Source of the DNA: Octopus vulgaris
Taxonomy: Eukaryota
Length of the DNA stretch: 64,000 nucleotides
NCBI GenBank assembly: GCA_951406725.2
Contig: OX597835.1
Span: forward strand, 24,366,001 to 24,430,000
Direction of reading: 5' to 3'
Below, piece after piece: positions 1 to 12,262 of this stretch. The notes beneath the pieces are model-generated. The model saw only the letters and a list, made by a program, of their open reading frames with translations, was not told the DNA's origin and ran no database searches. The first letter of the stretch is position 1, and each line of letters begins with the position of its first letter. Made by a program: the position numbers and the translations under genes.

Positions 1-142
1 AGGCAGAGTGTGATTTCTAGGACATTTATAAAGAGAAAGGTAATCTTATTGCTGTTTCAAGGATATAAAGGATATCCCACCATCAGAGACGATATGAGGG
101 AATTGGACCCTACTATTTCCTCCACTTTAACTCTCTCATATC

Positions 143-190
143 ATCTCTGATGGTGGGATATCCTTTATATCCCTGAAACAGCTGTAGGAT
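143..190 (+). ncRNA. Minimal hammerhead ribozyme-like motif (A9G variant) in a fold-back element
   Basis: atct-CTGATGG-t-gggatat/atatccc-t-GAAAC-agct-GTA-ggat. Helix III is the palindrome acagctgt. Confidence 0.6.
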
Positions 191-1028
191 TACCTTTCCC
201 TTTATAAATGTCCAAGAAATCTCACTCTGCCTTGGCTTTGTTGTCTCATTTTATTCAACACACACATATATGTGATAGGCTTCTTTCAGTTTCCATCTAC
301 TAAATCCACCCACAAGGCTTTGGCTGGCCCAAGGCTATAGTAGAAGACACTTGCCCAAGGTGCAATGCAGTGGGATTGAACCTAGAACCATGTGGTTGGG
401 AAGCAAACGTCTTACCACACAGTCTGTGCCTATCTTAACACCTTACCACACCTGTGCCTATCTTAACCCTTCAGTGTTCAGATTTCAAGGATGTGGTTGC
501 TTATTTTCAGGCTGGATCTGGCTTTCTCTAACATAAAACAGGAGAAATACTTAGGCTGGATATGGCAGGTTTAAATACGAAAGGATTAACAAGTCCTCTT
601 ATTTCAATGAGGTAAGGTGGGATTTGAAGAACATTTTGGTTGCTATTTCTAGCAAGTGGTCTAGTGACAACATAGCAGCTTCCTCATTACCCAGGCTGTG
701 TGTTAATGAACTGCATTTGGTGTTAACTGCGGAGGTTCTTTTGGTAAGAATCTGCCAAGATAAGGTGGTAGTGGTTCATCAAAGACTATCAGCCATCATC
801 GCAACACACAGATGTCTGATAAGATTGGAGATGTTATCAAACAGTAAATTACCATTCCACACTATTCTTTGCCACCCACACCATTCCTGCCCATTCCAAT
901 ACCATTTCTTAAGAATTCATTTCAACATTCTTAGCTTTTTTTCTTAGAACATTATATCAGTAAGCAACACACACACACAAATATATATATATACACATAT
1001 CCAGACAGGTATAGAGATAGAGTAATTG

Positions 1029-1076
<48 letters not shown>

Positions 1077-1159
1077 GTGTGTGTATGTGTGTGTATAATA
1101 CTATTATGGACATTTATTGATTGTAGGTGCATATATAAGTTTTGAATTTTATATATAAA

Positions 1160-1554
1160 CTAGCAGTATCGCCCGGCGTTGCTCGGGTTTGTAAGGGAAA
1201 TAACTATATAAGCATTTTTAGAGATGTAAAGTATAAAGCCATCTCAATATGGCTAACCACAAAGGTGGGGTGTTACTGTAGCTTTTTACGTTCCGAGATT
1301 TAATAATAAATTTTTAGAGAGTTACTTCCCTTATATATGCCAAAAATGCATTAAAAATGGGAAAAATTGATGGTAAATTTTTTTTAAAATTGTAGACTCA
1401 TCGTAGACGTGCGCTAATACCCAGAAGGGCTCGATATGAATCACGACTATAAGATACCCGGTTTTGGTTAAACTGCACCACAAAATGTGGGAGTAGTTAG
1501 GAATCTAAATCGTAGGAGACAGACAGCACGCAACCTCACTTTTATATATAAAGA
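1160..1554 (-). mobile_element. Non-autonomous Helitron
   Basis: The minus strand starts TC(tttatatataaaag), has a GC-rich subterminal hairpin (plus strand cccggcgttgctcggg, 1172-1187) and ends CTAG. It is inserted between A and T with no TSD. Confidence 0.8.
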
Positions 1555-1566
1555 TATATATATACA

Positions 1567-1600
<34 letters not shown>

Positions 1601-1963
1601 CATACATACATACATACAGGAGTGTGACGAAAGAACTCTGGCCGAAATAAGATTAAGATTAATGTAAAAAATAAATAACACTGAATATATAGTGTGTGTA
1701 TTTTTATTGGCTAAACTGGCAAAATGACCATTCCGAAATATAACAATATCTGTAATATAATATGTGACAATTATTAGGTTGCCATAAAAAAAAAATCTGA
1801 GTTTCAGATGAACATAAAACAGGAGAAATACTCAGGCTGGATATGGCAGGTTTAAATACTAAAGGGTTAACAAGTCCTCTTATTTCAATGAGGTAAGGTG
1901 GGATTTGAAGAACATATATATATAATGCAAAATGGAGATGAACACCAATTTTTCTATGTGACT

Positions 1964-2012
1964 GGCTTGAAAAATTGTTAAGATATTTCTTAACATGAAA
2001 CTAATGGTAGCC
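1964..2012 (+). ncRNA. Hammerhead-like motif, U3-A8 core variant
   Basis: ggc-TTGAAAA-at-tgttaaga/tcttaaca-t-GAAAC-taatg-GTA-gcc. A second copy is at 62556-62621. Confidence 0.6.
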
Positions 2013-3105
2013 TTAATACACAAATTATCTTTATCCATCAATGCAGTGTTGATCACTCATTTTCATTGTTTAGTATTTGCATATAAGTACACACACACAC
2101 ACATATGTATATAAACACATACACAACACAGATATGCATCTGGTGTGTGTGTGTTCAAAGCTTTGATGTTACAATGTTACTAGTATGATATAAAGATACT
2201 ATGATGTCATTACAATGCTATGATGAGACTACAATAATATTATGATGTGATGATAAGACTGAGTTGGCAGAATCGTTGCATTTTGTCCATCTCTACATTC
2301 TGAGTTCAAATTCTGCCAAGGTCAACTTTACCGTTCATCCTTTAAGGGTTGATAAGACAAGCGCCAGTTGAACAGTGGGGTTGATGAAATTGACTAACCC
2401 TTCCTTGAACTTGCTGGCCTTGTGCCAAAATTTGAAACCAATATTATGATGTGAAGATAAGACGAGGATGTTATGATGGTATGATGTTATGCTTTGACTA
2501 CAATTTTATGAGGATCTTATGACGATACTACAATATTTTGATAACACTATGGCATTATATTATGCTGTTATGATGTTATGATAATACAATAACTATTTTG
2601 TGATGATAGTATAATGATACTATGATATTATGGTAACACTGTGACATACTATGGTGTTATGATGTTACCATGTTGTTATGATGATACTAAGTGCTATGCT
2701 CAATGTTACTAGGTAACTATGATGATGATGATGATGAAACTAAGATGGTACAAGGATGTTATGATGACAATGTTATGATATCGCAATGCTACTGCAATGT
2801 TAGGATTTGGATTAAAATGTTATGATAAGATGACATGACAATGTCACAATCTTTCTATGATGTTATGATGATAAAGTGATATGACAACATCATTACGGAA
2901 CGTCAGTTGAATGTTTGTTTTAGAAGAGAGTGTGACTTCAATTAATATTCAATTAAAATCCCATTATGACTGTCTTAAGTGACATTTAACACAAGTTCAT
3001 TTACTGTTTGATAATGATGATGATGTTAGTGGTGGAGGTGGTCGTACCACTGGTATCCAGACATCCTGCCTTTGCCAACATCATCAACACAACATCTGTC
3101 TTGCT

Positions 3106-3137
<32 letters not shown>

Positions 3138-3352
3138 AACCTTAAAATTATCATGTCATACATATCTATAAGAAACGTGATGCAAAATATTTTAGATTTA
3201 ATATACTCACATACATAAACACATACAAACAGACATATGTATTATATATTATGCTTTTAGCTATGATTCTATAAATTATTTTTCAGACAAAACATATATA
3301 CATATATATATATATAGATATAAATAAGTAACAAGGATGTACAGGCATCAAT

Positions 3353-3437
3353 TCATTACGGCCGTTTCAAGGAGCTCCATTTGCTTGATTAATGAGAACA
3401 TTACATCAATTTGAAAGAAGCTGCTCTCTTCAGATGA
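3353..3437 (-). ncRNA. Minimal type I hammerhead ribozyme motif, intact core
   Basis: tcat-CTGAAGA-gagcagcttc...ggagctcctt-GAAAC-ggcc-GTA-atga. Helix I is tcat/atga and helix III is the palindrome acggccgt. Confidence 0.72.
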
Positions 3438-3730
3438 CTGCATGGACATCAAACATAAAAGATAAACCATTTTTTAAATACAAATTTACATCAATAATGG
3501 AAACCAAAATATTAACATTGCTTCCTTTTGTTATATTTGCAGCAGATATCTTCACTTAGCTGGGTTGCATTGTCTACACTCACGATATACAGGAATATTA
3601 GGTACAAACATCCCTACATGGAATCTTGATATTTAATATTCAAATAATATTGTTGAGGCATGCAGAATTAACTGAACTAGCAAGGTGCCTCAATTAAAGT
3701 ACCTAATTCAAATGAATATATACCATATAT

Positions 3731-4042
3731 GTGGAGGCGCAATGGCCTAGTGGTTAGGGCAGCGGACTCGCGGTCGTAGGATCGCGGTTTCGATTCCCAG
3801 ACCGGGCATTGTGAGTGTTTATTGAGCGAAAACACCTAAAACTTGACGAGGCTCCGGCAGGGGGTAGTGGCGATCCCTGCTGTACTCTTTCACCACAACT
3901 TTCTCTCACTCTTTCATCTGTTGGCCTGCTCGCTTAGCCAGCGAAGTGGCGTCATTTCAAGGCTAAAACAATGCGAAGCGCATTGTGACCAGCGATGTGT
4001 AACAACATCTGATAGCCTGGTCGGTCACGGTGATCACGGTGA
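3731..4042 (+). mobile_element. tRNA-derived SINE family D
   Basis: Head gtggaggcgcaatggcctagtggttagggcagcggactcgcggtcgtagg...gtttcgattccc. Copies at ~45745-46127(-) and ~62787-63077(-), all beside TA tracts. Confidence 0.8.
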
Positions 4043-5104
4043 TATACCATATATAAAAAATCAAAATATATATAAAATAAAAATAAGCAACAGGCTATCA
4101 AGAAGTGATGCAGTACATATATATTATATACATGCATGTATGCATTTATACACACACACACATATATATATTGCATCAACATCACCAATGCTACAATCAC
4201 CACAACCACCACCATAACAACCACCACTGCTATTATTTGTACAACTACCACCAAGACCGTCATTAGTATCATCACTAACACCACTTCGGTTGTCGCACTG
4301 TACCATCGTAAAGAAGGGTGGTCACACTGGATTGGCAATGCGGCCCTGGATGTATTGTGCTTTTGTGCTTACAAATAAAAGACAGGGTGGTCATGGTTGG
4401 AACACCTTTGATAATAGGTCTACTGGGTCTGGACTGATCTGGGACAAATCTACACTGCAAATGCCACCCTCATTTCCATCATTGTAACCACTGTCAGCAT
4501 CATCATCATCATCATCAATACTACCACCACCACCACCACCACCACCATCGTGACCAACATCATCACCATCACCACCATGATCATCATTATCATCTCCACT
4601 ATCACCACCACTAACAAACATAAGACACTGCCACCATCATGATTGACACCATCATCATCCTCACCACCACCACCATCATTGCCTCCACATCATCGTTATG
4701 CATCTGTTGTCCATTTCTCGCACTTAGATGAGTTGGGATGCAGTGTTTGTTGCCTGATGTTTTCAGCCGAGTCTTCATTCATCTAATTAATTTCTTCGTT
4801 AACAGAATGAAGCTGCAAGAATTAATGTACATTTTAATATGTACACGTTTGTGTGTGAGGGAGAGAGGGGAGGAGAGAGAAGGAGAGAGAGAGAGAGAAT
4901 GATAAAGCATTGATAGCTGTTGACGATGATGTGTGTGTTTGTTAATGTATGTCAGTGTGTATGTATATATGAGAGTGTGTAAGTGTATATATGTGTACAC
5001 ACACAAATACTAGAAAACATACAGACCCACACACATGCATACACATGTAGGTGTAAGCAATAATGCATTGGCATACATGCACACATGCCTATAAACAACA
5101 TATC

Positions 5105-5463
5105 TAAAAGAAAACACCTATGATGAACTATTGAGGACTCTACAGGTACTCTATCCAGATTACAAGTTCAGGTTTATACCTGTAGCTTCTCAACGAATGT
5201 TAACAAAGCTGAAGATCGGTGAAAAAGAGAACACCTATGCTGAACTATTGAGAAATCTGCAGTTACTTTATCCAGATTACAAGTTCAGGTTTATACCTGT
5301 AATTATTGGGGCCCTGGAATATGTAACACACTGCTTAGATACCAATCTTGAGAAACTAGGCTTCTCAAAATCAGAAAGAAGAAAGCTAATTTGAAGACTA
5401 CAGATCAGATCTATCACTGGAGCTGTAAAAATCTGTAAAACTTTCCAGAAGTTTAGCATTTAA
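5105..5463 (+). mobile_element. 3' fragment of a restriction-like-endonuclease LINE (R4/Dong-like) with a local tandem duplication
   Basis: KIGEKENTYAELLRNLQLLYP..FIPVIIGALEY...LEKLGF...*RLQIRSITGAVKICKTF. Positions ~5107-5183 duplicate ~5224-5301. Confidence 0.65.
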
Positions 5464-5753
5464 ATATATACGAACATCTCTAGATATGCAACTATATATA
5501 TGAGAATATATACATAAAGCAAAACATACAAATCTGCACATATACAAACAAACAAAAATACCCTGTTTGTTGATGTTGAAATTTCAATGATGGAGCCTTG
5601 GATCTACATTAGAAATCGGTTCTTTCTATATTGGCAAGAAATCTTGAAATAAAGTGAATAATGACAGACAAACAGACATATGTATGTACGGGCATCTTCC
5701 AGTTTCTGTCTACCAAATCTGCTCAGAAGTTTTTGGTCAGACCAGGTCTATAA

Positions 5754-5955
5754 TCATCATCATCATTGTTCGACCGTGGTCGAGACAATGGAATTTACTA
5801 TGTTACGCCAGACTTCACGGTTCATCATAGCATTACGGAGGTCCTGTTGCTGGATGCCTGTATCCCTGGAGATTACATCAGGGTAGGAGAGTGTGCACCC
5901 TCTGGTATTGCGAGTAGATGGCTTCCAGAGGAAAAGAGTAGAAATTACTTCTTTT
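5754..5955 (-). mobile_element. RTE-like LINE 3' end
   Basis: LFLWKP...LSYPDVISRDTG...DLRNAMMNREVWRNIV...* followed by a (TGA)n tail. Confidence 0.7.
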
Positions 5956-6468
5956 TCAGCTCTACAACAAGGTCTATAATACAAGATGTTTGCTGAAGTT
6001 GTCACACAGTAGGGCTGAACCCAAAACCATATGGTTGGCATTCACACTTGTTAAGTACACCGCCGTGCCTGTACCAAACAGTCACACCGGCACCTCTATT
6101 TTAAAGACCTTGGTTGAGTGAAGATAACATTAGAACTCCAAAGGATTTGAACTCTGAAATGCAAAATGATGGAAGTGAATAACAAGCTGTTTTTTGTGAT
6201 GCTCTGTCGACTCAGCTACTCCACCAGTATTTTTTGCTGCGGAGAAAGACCTAGAATTTCATTGGCCGTTCTTTCCTGTTCGGTTGATGCCAGTTCCGTA
6301 TGTAAGTGAGTACAACCCATTAATCAAAACGCTTGTCATACACAGACATATACATATGCATACACACACACACACACATATATACACACAAACATACATG
6401 TGTGTGCATATGTAGCTTAATGGTTTTATATATATATGTGCCTATATGTTTATATCATATATAATGTA

Positions 6469-6502
<34 letters not shown>

Positions 6503-6640
6503 TATATAATGTATGATATATATATATATCATATATAATGTATGATATATATATATATATATAGATGCAAACACACACACACAGAAGTATTTCTACAAAA
6601 TGCATAACAATACCAAAATCTGCTAATAATGATGATGTGG

Positions 6641-6683
<43 letters not shown>

Positions 6684-8023
6684 TACACCAACAACAACAA
6701 TAATAATATTAATAGCAACAACCAGTGACATCTTTTTTTACAATTATTTTCTTATGAATAGTATTGATAACAATTTTTATATTTTTATTTGTCAATAATG
6801 ATAATAATAATAATAATATTATCACCATCATCATCATTATTATTATTATCATTATTATTATTATTATAGTTTTATTTATTCTTCCTATAATAAAAGTTGT
6901 AATAATGGTAATAATGATGAGGAACTTGGGCAAGCTGTAGATTTCTGCGAGTAGTAGATTATTATTATTATCATTATTATTATTATTATTATTATTATTG
7001 TTGTTGTTGTTGTTATTAATATGGTTTGGATTATTAGCGAAGAGAGAGAAGGAATCCGAAGTGTGCATGTAATAAAGCACGTTTTATTGGTACTAATTTG
7101 AAAAATGATTCCAGGAACCATGCCAAAAAACTCATGTCCTGGCAGAGTTACAAAGTCAGAAGCAGTACAACAACAACAACAACAACCAGAACAACAAGAA
7201 AGAAGAACAACAACAACAATGACCACCAGCTACTTGTGTGTCCAAAGAAGAAAACACTTAGGACAAAACTTTTTTCTTAAAAATGGATGGAACCCCATTT
7301 CTGCTACGTATCTATTACCCTCTGATCCATGGATGGAATATTCTACCCAATTGTCAGTTAGGATATGATGTTAATGATGATGATGAGGATGATGATGATG
7401 ATGATGGTGACGATATAGCCGTTTACCTCCAGGTCATCTCTAAGCCATCCAGCAGACCTTATGGTCAAAGGTGTGGTTACATGTGTTGTTCAGCCACTAC
7501 CCACATGTCAGGGCCCTGGTGCAGTAAACCTTATGATCCTTTGCTGGTTTACTCAAAATGTTTGGCCCCAGGTTAGATCCTCATCCAGCAGACCTCCAAT
7601 GATCAAAGAGGTATTGGCCATACCAAGTTGTTTAACTCAAGTTCCTCTCTGAGCCTGCAGTTTCATTCTTCAGATTTAGTATACAAATATGTGTGTGTGT
7701 GTGTGTGTGTGCATCTATATATGTGTGTAAATATATATATGTGTGTGTGTGTGTATATACATGTGCATGTGTATGAATATGTGTGTGTATATGTATATAT
7801 GTGTATGTGTATGTATATCTCTCTTTTTTACTCTTTTACTTGTTTCAGTCATTTGACTGTAGCCATACTGGAGCACCACCTTTAGTCGAGCAAATCGACC
7901 CCAGGACTTATTCTTCGTAAGCCTCGTCTCTTTTGCTGAACCACTAAGTTACAGGGACATAAACACACCAGCATCAGTTGTCAAGCGATGTTGGGGGGGA
8001 CAAACAAAGACACACAAACATAT

Positions 8024-8077
<54 letters not shown>

Positions 8078-8865
8078 GTGTGTATAATGGAAACAACTGT
8101 AGGTCATTTTTGTTACAATAGGTAATATGTGATGACCATTATTTATGCCTCGTCTGATATACCTACATACATACATCCAGGACGGCATTATCCAATATGT
8201 ATATATTGTGTAATTGGTACACATGTACAGCTCTGTTGGAGGTAGGCTATGCAATATCAGTAGATGCACCCCTATCTTGCTGTTAACAGACATGCTTCAA
8301 GGGTGGTTCCCTTTGTGATGATGTTTTAAAAAAAGCTCATGCTGGTACAACTGGGTCTTAACCCTTTTGATACCAACCTGCCCAAGAAGCCCCTGGTTTT
8401 ACAATACAAACATCCTATAATTATCTAAACTAAAACTTTCCACAAAGTGCAAAAAAACATACTTTATTTGGTAGCTGAAAGATTACTGAATCTCTTGATA
8501 CCTCATACGTCAAAATCAGCAACTCAGTTTTCGAATCCATAAGGAATACACACACACACACACACACGCTCACACAGAGTTCTTGTGGAGGTATCCATGG
8601 AAAATGGACATTAAATGATGAGGATATATATGATGGGCTTCCATACAGTTCTAATCCATAAAATTCATTCACAAGACATTGGTAGGCCTGGGGCTATAGT
8701 AAAAGACATTTGCTTTACCAAAGGTGCAGTGCAGTGAGATTGAACCCAAAATTACATGGCTGCCAATCAAGCTTTTAACCACACAGCCATTAATTAACAA
8801 AAGGTGAAGTATTTCATGAGAATTATGGTAACAAAAGAGTCAAAGGAGAATTCTATTAACCTTAA

Positions 8866-9086
8866 CCCCTTAGCATTTAAACCAGTCATATCCGGCCAAA
8901 AGTATTCTGCCTGTTTTATGTACAAACTGGCCAGATCTTGTCTCTCACACCAACCCTACAATATCGTTTTAAAAATTAACAGCTACCTCATCAAATTCTC
9001 ATAGTTACAAGATAATGCATGATTAGTTCAAAACAAAGTGGATGAAAAAGCATTAATTTTGGCAGAATAATGCGAACACTAAAGGG
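8866..9086. mobile_element. piggyBac-like MITE
   Basis: TTAA|ccc...ggg|TTAA termini. Related pieces at ~464-590 and ~40308-40860. Confidence 0.65.
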
Positions 9087-10510
9087 TTAATTCTATTAAG
9101 CTTCTACCATTTTATCTTTGCAGTTGTAGTGATTCCTGCTGCTTTCATTCTTGTAATGATTCTTCTGTCGAATCAAATATCTGCAAGGCTGTAACTCAAA
9201 ACAGCATTGGCTTACTCATACACCTAGCAAACACACCTAATAAAGCAGAGCTTCCATTGCCATAGTGTGCATGTGCACAAGCCACCCACATACATCAACT
9301 ATACAAAAGTCACGCACAAAAACATTTGACATTTTATTCATGCTACATTATTACCAAGGGGACGAAACTGCCCTGCGTCCAGTGCATTCAAAAGTTGTGG
9401 TGAGCAGTTGCTGTCTCATGTAAGATGAATCCAGCTGTATACTGAGCAAATACACTTTTACTCTTTTACTTGTTTCAGTCATTTGACTGTGGCCATGCTG
9501 GAGTACCGCCTTTAGTCGAGCAAATCGACCCCAGGGCTTATTCTTTGTAAGCCTAGTACTTATTCTATCGGAGTGGCAAGACTGGAGAGGCTGAATGGAT
9601 AGGCTCTGAGTATGTTTTTCTAAGCAGGAGGAAAGAAACTGGAAGAGGGCACTTTCCCATACCTTGTGGATAGAAGAGTAATCGGGGTCTTTTGTGTAGG
9701 GTTTTACCTGAGTTACCCAAAGTGGACTGCCTCGTTATTGGGAATTTCATTTATTTATTTATTCATTATTTATTCCTCTAATTTCTATTTCTTATATCCT
9801 TTGTTATGTCTGTTAATTTTTGAGTGTCTTCCTTTGATTGATGTAAACCCCACCTGCTTCTGTGTGTTGTACCCTGTCCTTTGATATTGCCCTCCATATC
9901 TTGGGCCCTTGTGGCCAATAAAAGAAATCATCATCATCACCATCATCATCTTCATCATTAAGGTGGTGAGCTGGCAGAATTGTTAGCGCACTCAGCAAAA
10001 TGCTTAATGGCATTTCATCCGTCTTTATAATCTGAGTTCAAATTCCACCGAGGTCGGCTTTGCCTTTCATCTTTTTGGGGTTGATGAAATAAGTACCAGT
10101 TATGCACTAGGGTCGATGTAATTGACTATCCACCTTCCCCCCAGATTTTCAAGGCCTTGTGCCTAGACTAGAAATTATTATTATTATTAATTTTGTCTGT
10201 CATATGTGTGTGCTGATCATTATTTTACTCCATTTATTCAGTTTTAGAAAATTTGGTTTTGAAATGTGCAATATAGTTTTATTAAATGAATTTTAATCTT
10301 GGTGTGTGACCTTTGGCCAATGCTGTGAAACAAAACTAAAATACTTCAGAAGCATGTATGATGATGATGATACACGTACACACATATGCTCACATTTATA
10401 CATATGTACAGGTGTACATAAATCCATATATACACACACCTAAGTATATATATATATATATACAGACACACACACATGAGTATGTATATATATATATATA
10501 CACACACATG

Positions 10511-10546
<36 letters not shown>

Positions 10547-11166
10547 TACACACATGAAATTATACACATGCATACGCACGTATATGAATATATATACCTG
10601 TGTGTGTGTGTGTGTATATGTATATATATGTATGTGTACAGACATAGATATATATATGTATACATAGATACATGCATATAAACACATACATCCATCCACT
10701 CATCTACACACACACAAAGAAAAAGTGAGTGGGAGTAAGAAAGTGAATACGAGAGAGAGAGAGAGAGAGAGAGTCAATAAAATCCGCTATGCAGCATCTA
10801 ACCAATCCCTGATGTGTGTCATCAATTAGTTATTACAGCCTTGGAACCTTTACTCCCTGCCATTCCATCTCGTTTGTGGGCAATTGGCCAATGCTTGTAT
10901 TTCACGTTACAGTTCTACACCTATTTACAATGTGGTAGCACCGTAGAATATATAGCTTTCATCATGCTCCGTTGCCAACTTCAGACTAATTTTAGAAAGG
11001 TATCTGTTGTTAATTTGCCTTAATAAACCTCTGAAGAAAGTTGATTAGGTATAGGTTCATGGTGAGGTTGATGTGTATTAATAGAACCATCCGGGATGAT
11101 GGAGGCACTGTATTCTTCGGCATAAAAGTTAAACTTTTCAAACAAAAATTGAGAGTTGGAAAACGT

Positions 11167-11354
11167 AGGCACAGGAGTGGCTGTGTGGTAAGTAGCTTGC
11201 TAACCAACCACATGGTTCCGGGTTCAGTCCCACTGCGTGGCATCTTGGGCAAGTGTCTTCTACTACAGCCTCGGGCCAACCAAAGCCTTGTGAGTGGATT
11301 TGGTGGACGGAAACTGAAAGAAGCCTGTCGTATATATGTGTATATATGTGTGTG

Positions 11355-11421
<67 letters not shown>

Positions 11422-11638
11422 GTGTATGTATGTGTGTCTGTGTTTGTCTCCCTAGCATTGCTTGACAACCAATGCTGGTGTGTTTATGTCCCCGTCACTT
11501 AGCGGTTCGACAAAAGAGACCGATAGGATAAGTACTGGGCTTACAAAGAATAAGTCCCGGGGTCGATTTGCTCGACTAAAGGCGGTGCTCCAGCATGGCC
11601 ACAGTCACATGACTGAAACAAGTAAAAGAGTAAAAGAG
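11167..11638 (+). mobile_element. tRNA-derived SINE family B with an internal (TA)n(TG)n tract
   Basis: Head ggagtggctgtgtggtaag...ggttcagtccc (A/B-box-like) and tail ...gactgaaacaagtaaaagag. More than 15 full or partial copies in the window. Confidence 0.85.
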
Positions 11639-11639
11639 G

Positions 11640-12008
11640 GGATCAATTAATTATGATGTCATTCAACATATTCTCCTCTCAGATTCACACACTTATTACA
11701 GCGGTCCTTCAGTTTTTCTGAGCCCTGTAAAAGAACTTGGAAGGGTCAGCCTTCAAACAGTTCTTTTGCAATACCCTTGGAAACTAGGAACTTTTCAGCA
11801 CCCTCTTGTACATATATATATGAGGGGTGCTGAAAAGTTCTTGGTTTTGGATATAAGAAAATACAGGAGGATCAGTTAATTATGATTTTATTCGATTCAC
11901 ACACTTATTGCAGCGGTCCTTCAGTTTTTCTAAACCCTGTAAAAGAATTTGGGCCTCCGACCAGATTTTTCACAATACCCTTAAAGCTAGTAATTTTTCA
12001 GTAACACC
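11640..12008. mobile_element. Two tandem mariner-derived MITE copies
   Basis: Inverted termini gaacttttcagcaccctc (11788-11805) and gaggggtgctgaaaagttc (11822-11840). The internal sequence gattcacacacttatt.cagcggtccttcagttttt is repeated. Confidence 0.6.
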
Positions 12009-12203
12009 AAGACAACTTTGGGAGAACCAAAAATTCCATGTGAAATACAGCAGAATTTGGAAAAGATAACAATGTTTTCATGTTTACTCTACATATTTAC
12101 ACTATGGACTATATGTCTGGAAATACAATAATCATTATACAGCATATATATAAAAAAAGATGAGATGACAAAGGAATAAATGATTATCTTATGACCTTCA
12201 TTA

Positions 12204-12262
12204 GCTTACAGCTGTTTCTGCTGTAGACTCATAGTTGAGTGACCTTATAGCTTCATCAGAGC
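12204..12262 (-). ncRNA. Minimal type I hammerhead ribozyme motif, intact core
   Basis: gct-CTGATGA-agctata...ctacagca-GAAAC-agct-GTA-agc. Confidence 0.7.

Noticed and set aside
1620-1660. gtgacga...gaaa motif
   Set aside because: No 3-8 pair and no convincing helices.
3731-3810. tRNA-like sequences at SINE heads
   Set aside because: They have A/B boxes but continue into repeat bodies found in several copies, so they are SINE heads rather than tRNA genes.
7098-7368. Gln-rich ORF MIPGTMPKNSCPGR...
   Set aside because: Short, driven by a (CAA)n tract, with no recognisable homology or splice pattern.
11025-11170. Possible hammerhead starting cctCTGAAGA
   Set aside because: No properly placed GAAA/helix III after the putative helix II.
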